Origin: Selaginella moellendorffii
Lineage: Eukaryota; Plantae; Lycopodiophyta
Direction: 5' to 3'
Length of the DNA stretch: 64,000 bases
NCBI RefSeq assembly: GCF_000143415.4
Contig: NW_003314345.1
Coordinates: 266,574 to 330,573, forward strand
The position numbers were made by a program, and so were the translations under genes. Under the pieces are notes generated by a model, which saw only the letters and a program-made list of their open reading frames with translations, did not search any database and had not been told where the DNA came from. This document shows, in pieces, positions 25,711 to 37,830 of the stretch. How positions within the stretch are numbered: position 1 is the first letter of the stretch; each line of letters begins with the position of its first letter.

Positions 25711-25899
25711 CTAGTAGCAGTAGCAGTAGTGATCTATCGATTCTCTGTCGCGATTATCTATATCCATCCTCCCATCGATCGATCGATCCATTCGTGCTTT
25801 GAATTTAAATTTGAAAGGTCTTTTCCTAATAGAATACCCTATAAAATCTTGCAAACAACTTTAAATTGAGGTTTAGAAAAGGCTGGCGGATAGGTCGCG

Positions 25900-27658
25900 C
25901 TTCTTCGAAAGATGGCTGCCCAAGCTTCTCTCCCTCGCCAATGTTTTGTCTCGCAGGACAATCCGTGTGATCAGGGAATATCTATCCTCATCAGAGGACG
26001 TCGAAGATGACATAGTCCACATCGAAGTGACGAACAACGAGGGAGCGTTGGAGGGCACTGTTCAAGTCAGTCGCTGACAAGGCGTTTGAGGTGCTTGAGG
26101 CGGCAATGGCGCGTGAGCGTGAGCGTGAGGCGGAGGCGGCAGCAATAATCAGTAAGTTCCTCTTCTTGCTTGTGTATTTCGGTCTCATGTCGATTCTTCC
26201 GCGTGAGCAAAGCTCGTACTTGGACTTGGAAAATGCGCATCAGAATGATGGGCGGATTGTGACAGTCCAGCACGCCATCTCTGGGAGCACGAAGCGATAC
26301 TCAGTGGGGCCGGTTGCTGAAATGTTTGCAAGGAACGTCCAAAAGCTCCTCACGAACCTACGGGCCGACATCGAGCGCCACCCTAACCGCTGGCAAATCC
26401 GCCAGTGCGTTCGGGAGCCGGATGACTCCTGCAATGATCTCGGCAAGGTCTACCAGCATGCAGCACGACTGGTAGTCGGCCACTGTACCACGCAAAATGT
26501 TGACATACACAACTTCACAAAGTGCTGCCAGTTCCAGAGGAACAGACTAAGCAAGATCAGCGGCAGGCGACAGCACCTTACTTGACTTGGCTATTGGCAT
26601 CGTCCATCCGGCCATGGTGGTATCGACTAATGCTTACGAGTGGTGCGACATCTACGTGGAGTTCATAAACGACGAATCCAAGCTTGCTGAGGGGTGTGGC
26701 CAGGTTCTGGACAGGGCGGAGAAGCGCCGGAAAGATGCTTGCGCAAAGAAGAAGGTGGCGTTGGGTGGTGTGTCTACAGGCAAAGATCTATTACCTATGG
26801 TCGTATTCACAGACGCTGGAGCCTTCCCACTCATACAAGGAGAAGTATGTCGTGCGGTCTGATTCAGGCGAGATATGGGAGCGAGAGCTCGTCCACACGT
26901 ACATGGACTTCCTCTTCCGCGGGGGCTGCTATTTGGTTCGGTTGGATGGCAGCAAGCAGCAAGTGGTGCTCAAGCGAGGCCCCATGCAGTCGGTCAAGTG
27001 TGCAGCTGAAGGATTTGGTCTTCCAATTGAGCTCTTCAGCCAGGTTGAGAATGAGATCCGCGTTCGGGAGATTCTGGCTGCCAGTGGATGCAAGATCAGG
27101 ATCCCCGAGATTCTGTGGTCGGGCACGGCTTTACACCCGTTTGGCTGGAGAAACTGCCCGATCGTGCTCGTGAATTACGTTGGTGAATCGCTACACAGCA
27201 AGACGCTTCCTATCCGAGACGCCGCCAAGATGGGAGCTAGCCTGCTGGAGACGGTGCTGGAGCTGCACAAGCGGGGGATAATCCATAGAAACATCAGCCC
27301 CAGGAACGTTGCTTACCGCGAGCAAGGAGTTGGTTTGGAGAGGTTCCACCTTCTCGACTTTGGGATTGCCGCGATTTCCTCGGACAATGGTGGTAGCGTG
27401 GGAAGCAGCTCTGTCAAGGACCTGGAGTTTCGCTCCATGAACTCGGTGTTGGGCAACAGCGTTGACGCTTCAGCGGATCTCGAGGGTATTCTGTATACGA
27501 TGGTAAAGGTGGCCGGGATGGATCTACCGTGGTCGACTGCTGCGCAGGAGGAGGACGAGGACTTGGTGGTTACCATCCGGCGCCAAGTGTTGGACCAGGG
27601 CTTCCTTGCGGAGTTCAAGGACGCCCTGATGTTCCTTGACCTTCGTTTCACCATATGA
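25900..27658 (+). pseudogene. Frameshifted Crinkler/FunK1-like gene: REase-like segment plus C-terminal protein kinase-like domain
   Basis: Kinase motifs VVLK, LHKRGIIHRNISPRNV, LLDFGIA and DLEGILY...LPW (ORF 26684-27658). An upstream WCDIYVE...GQVLDRA...GGVSTG segment is in another frame. HRD is changed to HRN. Confidence 0.65.
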
Positions 27659-27684
27659 TCATTTCCATTGTCTAGCCTCTAAAT

Positions 27685-27795
27685 CTCCCGGCTCGCCCCT
27701 GCTCGCCAAGACGTTTGCATCGAGCCAGAGGGTCATGGAGAGCTAGAGTAGTGACCAATCGATCCTCTGTCTCAGTTTGAATTTAAATTTGAAAG
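27685..27795 (+). repeat. Degenerate duplicate of the germin gene 3' end and 3' flank (25621-25817)
   Basis: TGCTCGCCAAGACGTTTGC.T.GAGCCAGAGGGTCATGGAGAGCT and TTTGAATTTAAATTTGAAAG are present in both copies. Confidence 0.9.
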
Positions 27796-28023
27796 AACTT
27801 TCAACGACTATAGAGAGGAATTAGGGTTCTTGCAATGTCGCAGCTACAACGACTGTGTCTTTGGCGACGGCGGGCCTTGGATCGCTCTTTTCAACATCTA
27901 GAAGCTGGTGAGGAAGATTCATCGTCGCAACGCAAATGAATCCCGCGCAACAAGCTCGTGAGCGGTCGGCCCTCGCCATCATCTTTCTGTGCTCGCCCCA
28001 AATTTCGTCGCGGCGAGCTCGAG

Positions 28024-29306
28024 ATGGAAGATCGGTCGAGAAATGGGGTGGAGCAGCCGGTGATCGGGCAGGATAGCAACAGGAAGCTCCGGATCTTGAG
28101 CATCGATGGCGGTGGAATGAGAGGAATCATCCCAGCCCATATGCTGGCCTACTTGGAAACGGCTCTCAAGGAGAAGAGCCACAATCCAGACGCTTGCATC
28201 GCCGATTTCTTCGATCTGGCGGCTGGAACCAGCGTTGGGGGACTCATTGCCGTGATGCTCTTCGCATCATCCGACTGCCGCGATGATCAAGGCGAAGAAA
28301 TCTCCTCCTCCTCCTCCTCATCGTCCACGGGAGATCATCAAAACCACGGTTCTAAGTCACTACGTCGGCCTCTCTTCACGGCCGCAGAGGTTTGCACGTT
28401 CATCTCGGACAGAGGCAAGGAGATTTTCAAGATCCCATACCCCCAGCGAGTGTTTGCAAAGGTCCGAGGGATCATGACACCCAGGTACTCCACCAAGTTC
28501 TTCGAGAGAATCCTCAAGCAGCACTTGGTCCGAGGTGGTGGCGATGGCAGAGATCTCACGCTGGATGACACGCTCAAGCCCATCGTCATTCCCTGCTACG
28601 ATCTCACAAACGCCAGCGCCTTTTGCTTCTCGCGAATCTCCGCCAACTTCAAGCTCTGGGAGGTTTGCCGGGCTACCACGGCGGTTCCATCGTTCTTCAA
28701 GCCCATCCACGTCTCGTCCGTGGATGGAAAGCACGAGTTCACGGCAGTCGACGGTGGCCTGGTGGTGAACAATCCCACCGCCGCGGCGATCACGCATGCT
28801 TTGCACGACAAGGCTCGCTTCCCGGGTGTCCGAGGGGTGGAAGACATGCTCGTTCTATCGCTCGGCACCGGACAGTTTGATCAAACTTACCGCTACAACA
28901 AAGTGGAGCGGTGGGGAGCTTTCCAGTGGGCCAAACCCATTGCCAAGATCATCATGGACGGAATCTCGGACATGGTGGATCACACGGTCAGCATGGCGTT
29001 TAGCAGGCACCGAGAGAATTACGTGAGGATTCAGGTGGGTTATCTATCGTTGAGAGTTTGCTTTGACGAACGACTAAAGTTTGTTTGCTTTGCTTCCAGA
29101 TGTCTGGCTTGCCGGGCAAAGCTCTCCTCGCAATGGACGATCCAAGCCAGGCCAACGTGAAGACACTAACCGAGATTTCTACTCGGCTCTTGGACCAAAA
29201 GAGCTCGGAACACATCCCGTTTAACGGGCGAAGAGTTTTGGAAGAGAGTAACAGACAGAAGCTGGACTGGTTTGCCGAGCAACTCGTGGCAAACACTCCA
29301 TCGTAA
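28024..29306 (+). CDS. Patatin-like phospholipase
   Basis: LSIDGGGMRG, GTSVG (GxSxG), DGGLVVNNP and LSLGTG; intron 29035-29099. Confidence 0.93.
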
Positions 29307-29375
29307 TCGATTGAATATAGTTTCTTATATACAGGATCTTTCATATGCACAACGATGCGAAGCTTTTTACACAAT

Positions 29376-31347
29376 CTACAGGGCTTGGGCGGTACTCGAG
29401 CATGCCTCCGCGCTAGCAGCAGCCATGCGAGGTACGTCCACTCCTTCGTTGCAAAGATTTGCAAACGCTCTCATGTGTTTCATGCCATACTGTCCCAGCA
29501 AACCACAGCTCGTCTCGAAAGCTTGCACCTAAAAGTCACATCACAGAGAGAAGATCATCGAAAAGATCACACAAAGTTCTCGAAGAACACTTGCCAGCGA
29601 TTTCAGGCACGTCCAATCGTCCACGAGCGCGAGGCCGGAGCCCCGGACGGTGCTTAGAACTTTGGATGCCGCAGCCTTGGAGCCAAACAGACGCTCGCCA
29701 ACTCGATCCACGCTCTCGTCGACGTGCTGTCTGTGAGCCAAGGCGTTCATCATCCTCTCGCGAGCTTCTCGTTTGGAGTCACTTCCATCCTTGGCTCGGC
29801 GATACTACACTCGACGAAACGATGCGATCATCGATCTAGAAAAGAAAAGTTCTTCTCTTCGTACCTTGCTCCACAGGTGTAGCAAATCCGCATCACGCTG
29901 GCTAACACCATTGGCACTGCTCGGGATGATCAAGTCGCCATTGCCATCCGCGATTGCGGGATCAAAGCCCAAGAACATGGAAAGCGGGTTAGAGTTGAGC
30001 TCCACGTCGCCGTATTGCATTACGTGTGATCCGGCCTCGTAAGTGTTGTGATTCGAGGTTCTATCTTTCACCTGCAAGATCGAAGTAAAAACCAAGAGAT
30101 CCCGATCGATTCAGCAAACTCACGTCTAGATACTGTTGAAGTAGCGTCTCCCTCTTGAGATTGTGAACTTCGCTGTTTGGAAGAGAGATCCCGTAAGCTC
30201 AAACGTCAAAAAAACTTAGAACTTTAGAAGAACCTGTCCTCCATCCAAGCGACGCTGTAGAGATCTCCCAAGCAAGTATCATACTCAGGAGGAGCCGAGG
30301 GTACCATTCCAGGGCAGTAAGTTCCCCAGCTGCTCTCGATCGCGTTGGAAGCAGTGGTAACGTAAAGACCCAGTCCCAGTGGAAGCAATCCCTCGACCAT
30401 GCTGCCACTCTCGCAAGCCTCGATATATATCACCTAAAGTTGGCAGCTCGAGTAGTAGCATCTTCTTTAGCTCACGACGAACAAAGAAAGAACAAAGATG
30501 AAAAGATCTTTACCATTTCTCTGTAGCCTCCGGATGCGTGCTTCTTCTTGATGACGTCGATGAGATCATTTGCGTAGAGATTCGACTCTCCGGGCATTCC
30601 TGTCAAGCACGACAAGCTAAGTTGTTTGTCTTTCTCGAGTCTAGAACAAAGAAGGAATCACCGAGAACTCCAGGGCCTCCGTGATCCGAGTAGAAGAGAA
30701 AGACATGATCTTCCGGCCCGCTGCTCACGACTTTGCCAGTTCCGCCGCTGGTGGAATTCTTGTCCCCGAGAAGAACAGCCAGGAAATTCTCGGCGGTCAC
30801 GGCAGCGCCCGTGTAATCCTGGCCACAGAACAATCAATCAATAACGTAACTTCCAAGAAATCCGCGAACAAGTCAAAACTCCTTCACCTTTGGAACTCCG
30901 GCATAAACGTCGGATCCTTGGGGATGATTGATGATCGTTCCCGGGCGAGGATTGTCCGTGTTGTTGGCTATGTCGTCGAACATCATCACCACAATGTTTT
31001 CCTCCTTGAGACCATTGCTGCGCAGCAACTGGTATGCATGGCAAACATCCGCCTGGAGGAAAGAGCAGTTTGGAAGCAAACAAGAGCAAACGAAGAACTT
31101 AGAACAAGAAGGAAGCGAAGAACATAGAGAAAGAAAGCGATGGAAAGACTCCTCTCACCTGGTGCCTGTAGTTGCCAAACCCGGAAGATCCAGCAACTAG
31201 CAGCGCCCACCTCGTCCCGGACGCAACTTCCTCGCTCGAGGGCATGCGAATTGGATTGTGGGCTGCGAAAAAGTCCAGTGGCCTGGCCGCCGCCACCGCC
31301 ACCGCCACCATCGCTAGAACCAGCCACAGGAAGAATCCCACTCCCAT
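29376..31347 (-). CDS. VPE: Vacuolar processing enzyme (legumain, peptidase C13), multi-exon
   Basis: [83 protein letters not shown]. Confidence 0.97.
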
Positions 31348-31476
31348 GACGGCGATCTCTCTCTCGAGAACGAAAGAAAGAAAGAAAACCAAAGGGTTAC
31401 GAGAGAGCTTGAGTCTCTCTCTCTCTCCCTTTATCGTGAACAGTACGAGAGTGACACCACCTAAACTCCCAAAACT

Positions 31477-32028
31477 CTAGCCAAGACTGTCGAGGAATCC
31501 ATCGACGTCGGCCTTGATGGTGCTTAGATCCGCCTCGGCGCTCAAGCTCAGCTTGCCATCGCTCACGCTCACCAGCACCTTGGCCTGGAACGCGTTGGCG
31601 TAGGCATTGGGATTGCAAAACAGCTCGAATCCCACCTCCTCGCCATCGCCACCATCGCCACCATCGCCAGCGCTGTATGCAAACTCGACGCTCTTGAGCC
31701 TCTTGGGCCGCCCTCCTTCCTCGTGCGCCTGCTGCTTCTCCCGGAACGTCTGGATCAATGCCTCCATCGTCCCGCTCAGCGCTCGCGCCTTGTCCATCGA
31801 CATCGGCATTGTGATGGACGTCTCGCCAACGTGAAGCGTCAAGCTCTTGGACGCGATCGTCGTCGCCCCCGCGGCTACCAAAACACACTAAAAATCCCAC
31901 CTTTGCCTCGAATTCGACATCTCACCTGCGCTGGGATTGCCGTTGGAGCTCGAGCAAGCGGTCGGCAATGCGGTGTGCCTGTGTGACAAGAACACTCTGG
32001 GAAGAGCAACCATGCCCGCCATAGCCAT
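31477..32028 (-). CDS. Small protein of unknown function with a transit-peptide-like N-terminus (2 exons)
   Basis: ATG at 32028 gives MAMAGMVALPRVFLSHRHTALPTACSSS. Intron at about 31880-31927. Conserved-looking core ELFCNPNAYANAFQAKVLVSVSD. Confidence 0.75.
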
Positions 32029-32091
32029 TGTTCTTCCGGGCCACAAAAACTAACAAACCCTCGATCTTCTTCCTCTCTATCTTAGCTCCAA

Positions 32092-32460
32092 ATGGCGGCA
32101 GCGATCAAATGGGACGATGGCTTCCCCAAGTTCGATCTCGACTCGTTTAGCTCCAAGAGGAAGCGATCGCTCAAGAGATCCTCCAAGAACAACTGGCTCC
32201 AAAGATCGCTGCAGTGGATCGAGGAGAGGAACCTGGGGCCGGGCGGCGGCGCTGGGATCGGGTGTGGAGTTGGGCTGGGATTGGGCGTGACGGGATCGCT
32301 AGGACTGGGCGCTGGATCCTGGAACGATCTCCGTGTCATCTTCGGAGTAGGCGCCGGGTGCGGCGTTGGAATCGGGTATGGAATCGGGCATGGGCTTGGC
32401 TTTCTCTGGGATAGGCCACCACCATCGCCACCACCACCAAAACGAAATTTTGTCTCGTGA
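32092..32460 (+). CDS. Glycine-rich small membrane protein (TGD5/AS8-like glycine-zipper family)
   Basis: GPGGGAGIGCGVGLGLG...FGVGAGCGVGIGYG.G.G.GF.WD. Confidence 0.8.
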   Translation: MAAAIKWDDGFPKFDLDSFSSKRKRSLKRSSKNNWLQRSLQWIEERNLGPGGGAGIGCGVGLGLGVTGSLGLGAGSWNDLRVIFGVGAGCGVGIGYGIGHGLGFLWDRPPPSPPPPKRNFVS

Positions 32461-32540
32461 TTCTTCTTCCTCCCAAGAACAAGAATAAGATCTCTTACGT
32501 TCGATTTCCATAGCTAAAGCTAGAAGATAGAATCGTTCCA

Positions 32541-32620
32541 TAGCTACGTAGAAGAAAGCTAACTAGAAGATAGACTACGTAGAAGAAAGCTACCTAGAAG
32601 ATAGACTACGTAGAAGAAAT
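32541..32620. repeat. About 31-bp tandem repeat in the convergent 3' intergenic region
   Basis: CTACGTAGAAGAAAGCTA.CTAGAAGATAGA about 2.5 times. Confidence 0.85.
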
Positions 32621-32730
32621 CTAAGAAGCTCCATAGCTCATATGAATATGGACCAAGGTCTCCAAGTATATACAAACCGGGTAAAAATCCCATCTTGCTC
32701 GATCTTCCTCCATTTCATCTCTCGCGAGCT

Positions 32731-33954
32731 TCACGATCTTGCCGGGCATGGCCGGAGGATCGCCCCCATGTCCGTCTTGTACGCCTGGCGGCACCCCGGG
32801 CATCGCCCATCATCCGACGCGATCCGGTGGTGGCAAAACAAGCACAGCCGGAAGCCACACGCGCAAGGCTGAAACGAGGAATCGGTGCTGTCCAGCTCCT
32901 CCGTGCAAATCGGGCAGCACGCCGGCCCCGCGCTCGCGGCCGCCGCCGCTACCGATCTCGCGAAGAAATCCCTGTGCCTGTTCGTCACCCACGCCGCTGG
33001 CGGCCGCGGCGGTGGCGACGCTACTCGTCGCTCCACTCCAGTCGGCCTGGGAAGCAGCGGCGGTAGCGAGCTCGGGGCGATGATCCTGGGAAGGCTGGCC
33101 GGACGGAACGTATCCTCAACCTTCCAAGCTGCGACGGCGGCTGGCGGAGAGTTCCTGGCGTCCTGGTGGTGGATCATCCTGTCGTCCCTGTGCCTGTTCA
33201 CCACCATCGCCACCTTTTCCTTCTCGGCCGGATCCTTGTTGAGATTCATCTGGGAGTCGAGAGCGTCGGCCGCGGCCTCCCAATCCTCCTCCTCCTCCTC
33301 CTCTCCCCCATCCTTTCCTTTCTCTCCACCGAGAACTTTGTCACAGTCCCCGGAAGCTTTGTTCTTGCTCTTGCTCTTGCCTTTCCTGCCAGATCTTCTC
33401 TTCCCTCCCTTGCTGCTCATGTCGGGAGGATCCAACACCACGCCCCTCTGACTAGAGCAAGAAATGGATGATTTACTTACACTCGAGTTAAAATTACAGG
33501 AGAGGAGGTCGAGCGGCCCACCGTCGCACAGATCGTCGTGGTTGATCACGCACGACTCGGCGTCACTGTCGCCTCCGGTGCTCGATCCGTGGAGGTGTTG
33601 CTCCTCACCCAACTTGGGCGATGGGCTCTCAAGCACGGAATTCGGAGACAAGCTCGCCACAAGCTTCCCTACACAGGAAAAAAAGGGGGAAAAACCATTC
33701 ACTCCATCCATCCACCCAAGCGAGAAAGGAAGAAAAAGTCTGTGTCGCCTACCTTGAGAGAGCCATTGCTCGCGCCGGGCATCCAGCTTGAACTGCTTGA
33801 GCTTGGCGTTCCTGTTCACCTGCGCAAGAGAAGGAAGGAGACCATGAATTAGGGTTTAGAGGAAACCGTGGGAGCGCTGCCAAATCCTTACCCTCTTTCG
33901 CTTGCTGGCGTCGCGGGCGAGGAGCGATTCCAAGGGGAGCTGGCTCGCGTCCAT
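32731..33954 (-). CDS. NOT4-like C4C4 RING finger protein (3 exons)
   Basis: N-terminal KLKQFKLDARREQWLSQ. C-terminal CPICTEELDSTDSSFQPCACGFRLCLFCHHRIASDDGRCPGCR. Confidence 0.9.
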
Positions 33955-34361
33955 GGCGATGGCGATGGAGCTGGAAGAAGAGATTTTCGCGATTTTGTTG
34001 GAAAGAGAGAAAGGGTAGGAAGGAAGGAGGAGATATCAAATAGTATAACGAAAAAGCACGGCCGCGGCGGCGAAGAGCCCACTGATGATTTAACGGAGGA
34101 GGAAGACGACACGCCAAACCGGATTGGACGGCCAGGATTGCTTCCGTTTGACCGAAGCAAGCTCCGAGCCGATGAAGCATTCGCTGACACGTGGCATCAT
34201 CGTATATGATCTTTTTCTTGGCGAGTTGCGTGTTCGATGCCTGACAGGGGAAGAAATTATATTAACGGATAAAAAAGAAAGTGCCGTTACTCGCAGGAAA
34301 GTCAATACAGGAATATACCTCCTTCACTCGAACTTGAAATTAGGGTTCTAGCGCAGCAGGC

Positions 34362-36212
34362 ATGGTGATCTTGCGGCGGATGCGCACGCTTCTCTTTCCG
34401 CCCTTCCTGGCACTCTTGGCGATCATCTTCTGGAGCGCCTCTCTTCAGATCCCGAGCGCCTCTGTTCTCGATTTCGAGTGTCTCGTGTGTCATGGCGTCA
34501 ATGTCGTCAAAAATCCATTGTGGCAATTGGGCGCGCTCAGCCTCGAGAGGGATCCGCCCAAGCAGCGATCCGAGAGCGAGATCGTGGTAGCCAGCGACAG
34601 CGTAACAGGGCTGCCAAGTCTAGATGATCAAGATCGCGTCTTTCAGCTGGAAATTCCTTCTACTTCTGCGACGGCATCAGCTGATTTGGAAGGCGGTGAA
34701 GATGAGATTGACAAACAAAAGGAGATTGGTGAATTCTTCCAGGAGCTCCAAAGGAATTCATCGTCCACTATAGCCGATCGTAACAGCACTCTTGAAGATT
34801 CCAGCCAAGCAGGGGAGAGGCCGCTACAACCGCCCAACGATCCATCAATAGCTCGAAACGCTTCCATTAATCCCCCTTCTATAAGTTCCTTGACAGCTGA
34901 TGGTCAAGAGGAGAAGCGTGCGATCCAGGAGGTGGAGCGACTTATGCAATTCTTGCGAAGATCAGGATCAGGCCAGGTAAAGAAGTCTCCACAGGATTGT
35001 CAGGGAAGAAACGTCTATGTCTACGATCTTCCACCCAAATTCAACGCGGATCTCCTCAAGCAATGCGAAACTCTGCTGCCATGGATGAGCATGTGTGATT
35101 TCGTCCGCAATTCGGGAATGGGTCTTCCAGTTTCGATCGACGCCGCTCGCGATTTCCTCACTCCTCGCGGATCTTGGTTCAAGACGCACCAGTACGCGCT
35201 GGAGATGATCTTCCACGCCCGGATCCTCGACTACTCCTGCCGGGTGCTCGATCCATCCCTCGCCGACGTGTTCTACGTGCCCTACTACGCCGGCCTGGAC
35301 GTGATGCGATCGAATTTCATGCCCAACGTGAGCAGCGCACAGCGCGACGTGTTGGGCGACGAGCTCATGACATGGCTGACTAAGCAGCCGTCCACGTGGA
35401 AAACGGGCGACCGACGTGACCATGTCATAGCTCTGGGAAAAATCTCCTGGGATTTCAGGCGTATGACATCGGACGCAAGATGGGGGAGTAATCTCCTCGC
35501 TCGCGCCGACATGGCCAACGTCACCAAGCTTCTCATCGAGCGCCACCCCTGGCACCCCAATGACGTGGGCGTGCCACATCCCACCTTCTTCCACCCGGGC
35601 TCGGACGCGGACATCACGACGTGGCAGGCTCGCGTGCTCCGGGACGACGTCCGGCCGAGCCTCGTCGCCTTCGCGGGCCAGCCCAGGCCCGGGCAGGCGG
35701 GGAGCATCCGTGGGGAGCTGATACGGCAGTGTACGGCTCGCTCGGACCTGTGCCGGAGCTTGGACTGCGGCTCCAGGGCTTGCTTTGGTCCCGAGGCGAC
35801 TCTAGGTTTGTTTTTAGCCTCGGATTTTTGCCTCCAGCCAGTTGGCGACAGCCCGACCCGGAGATCTGTGTTTGATTCGCTGCTGGCCGGCTGCATTCCG
35901 GTTTTTTTCGACCCCTTCACGGCCTACTACCAGTATCCATGGCATCTTCCGTCAAATGGTAGCGCATATTCTGTTATGATCGCGGCAGATTCTGTTACCG
36001 ACGTGGATATCGTGGGCGAGCTCCAGAAGATTCCATTCGCACGGAGGAAGGAGATGCGGCATTTCATTGTCCACGAGATTCTCCCCGGGATCGTCTACGC
36101 GCAGCCGGGATCCAAACTGGAGAAATTCGAGGACGCTTTCGACGTTGCCATGAAAAACGTGATTGCCAGGGTCGCTTCGAGAGAGATTTACGATTCCAGC
36201 GAGCTCAGATGA
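34362..36212 (+). CDS. GT47 exostosin-family glycosyltransferase (MUR3/XLT2-like xyloglucan galactosyltransferase clade)
   Basis: N-terminal TM, YVYDLPPKFN, THQYALEMIFH, GKISWDFRR, FCLQPVGDSPTRRSVFDSLLAGCIPVFF. Confidence 0.95.
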   Translation: MVILRRMRTLLFPPFLALLAIIFWSASLQIPSASVLDFECLVCHGVNVVKNPLWQLGALSLERDPPKQRSESEIVVASDSVTGLPSLDDQDRVFQLEIPSTSATASADLEGGEDEIDKQKEIGEFFQELQRNSSSTIADRNSTLEDSSQAGERPLQPPNDPSIARNASINPPSISSLTADGQEEKRAIQEVERLMQFLRRSGSGQVKKSPQDCQGRNVYVYDLPPKFNADLLKQCETLLPWMSMCDFVRNSGMGLPVSIDAARDFLTPRGSWFKTHQYALEMIFHARILDYSCRVLDPSLADVFYVPYYAGLDVMRSNFMPNVSSAQRDVLGDELMTWLTKQPSTWKTGDRRDHVIALGKISWDFRRMTSDARWGSNLLARADMANVTKLLIERHPWHPNDVGVPHPTFFHPGSDADITTWQARVLRDDVRPSLVAFAGQPRPGQAGSIRGELIRQCTARSDLCRSLDCGSRACFGPEATLGLFLASDFCLQPVGDSPTRRSVFDSLLAGCIPVFFDPFTAYYQYPWHLPSNGSAYSVMIAADSVTDVDIVGELQKIPFARRKEMRHFIVHEILPGIVYAQPGSKLEKFEDAFDVAMKNVIARVASREIYDSSELR

Positions 36213-36525
36213 TCGATCACCCAAAGTTTGCTTGTTGTATAGATTTATAAACACAATGACACACACACGACACATTCTTTTATATCTCTTTCTTCACGGC
36301 AGCAAAAGCAAATGGTGTTCCACATAAGACTTATACAAAGTGTTCTTCCGTTCTCACATCATCTTTGTTTTTGCTATCCATCTTGGACGGCTCATAAATT
36401 AATCCTTGAGGACTCCAATGGGAAGTAGAAGAACGATGGATCCATCCATCCCATCACTCCCGCAGCTCGAGCTCGAGCTCTAAAGCCAGGCCGCGGTTTG
36501 CTAGATGCTACAACTCCCATTCACT

Positions 36526-37497
36526 TCATGCCTCGGCCCAGAGCGTGGAGAGGAAGAGCTGTCGAACGAACTTTGATCGAACGCTTGCCTCTTCCAGCTT
36601 CTGCTCTCTCTCTTCGGCCGTGAGGGAGCATTCAGCACTGTTAAGATCCAAAAAAATCGCAACTTGATCAGCAACTGCTGCGAGAAATCACTTTCGTATA
36701 CAAAGACATACCTTAGCTCGGCTGGAGCTGTGGAAGTAGCAAGAGAAACCGAGTCCGAGTTATCCAAGCTCAGCTTGGAAGAATCGTCAATCTCGGATAT
36801 GGGCATGTTACAGACAAGCGTGGACAAGAAGAGATCCGGAATTCCAGATCCTGTCCTTGCCGGAGAGCACGCTCCCAGGAGAGCCTGCAAGTGTGCTTGA
36901 TTCATGTCCTTCCCACTGAAGGGAAATCCGGAATGGGACGTGATTCCCGGCCTCCTAAACTTGCGACGCCTCTGAAAGTAAGCTTCTCGTCAAGGATAAT
37001 ACAAACGAGGAACCGGAACAAAGATAAGAAAACCAACTTTTTCGAAGGATATCTTGAAGAGATTTCCGTGATGAACTGTGATATGGCTGATCATGTCCTT
37101 CCCGACTTTGGCAGCACACACGGGACACAGCTATAGACACAGAAACGCAAAGAATCAAAATCCACGAAGGAAGAAGAAGAAAAAAAAGAGAATTTTCTTA
37201 CCACAGGTCTTGATTCGGAGAAATGCTCGTCCTCCAGGTGAGAACACAGAGAGAGCAAGTCCAGTCCCTCGAAACAGTATGGACAAGCAAAATCCGGTCT
37301 CAGTTCCTCATCGCCCTCCACATCATCCACAGTGAAGTGCTGATCTGCATTGCGAGCGCAGAAAACCAATGTAACACCCACGAAAAAATTCGATAGTGGA
37401 AAAGGAGGAGAAGAGAGCTTTATAGCTTACCCAGCATCGAATGAACGGCGTACTGGCGCTTAGAAAGCAAGCGAGCTGCCCACATATCGCCCTCCAT
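36526..37497 (-). CDS. DI19: Drought-induced 19 (Di19) zinc-finger protein, multi-exon
   Basis: MEGDMWAARL, FACPYCFE.LD..SLCSHLEDEH, CPVCAAKVGKDMISHITVHHG, PDLFLSTL, and C-terminal RSKFVRQLFLSTL. Confidence 0.9.
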
Positions 37498-37820
37498 GCT
37501 TGCTTCCGCTGCGAATGCGGCCGAACGGCGATGAGCACCTCAAAACCCTGGTCAATCCCGGCCCGCCGCTGCAACCACACACGATTCTTGCGACGGCCGC
37601 GCACACGAGAGGAATCGCGACATACCGGAGGGGGGAAATCGAGAATGCCGCCGCGGCGTCGCTATCTGGGCGCACACAAGCTTCCCTCTTGTGTGGATAT
37701 GGCGTCCCCGAACCTGGACTGGGATCCCAGACCTAGAATCCCGAACCTGCGGTTACCGTGCCACGCGGCCGCGGCGATCTTTCCATTTTGCAACCGCAAA
37801 AACATTATAAGGCTATCATA

Positions 37821-37830
37821 GACACGTGGC
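37821..37830. promoter_or_regulatory. ABRE/G-box (GACACGTGGC) upstream of Di19
   Basis: Canonical ACGT-core ABRE next to a TATA-like TTATAA (about 37805-37810) and a CACGCGG CE3-like motif (about 37762). Confidence 0.55.
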
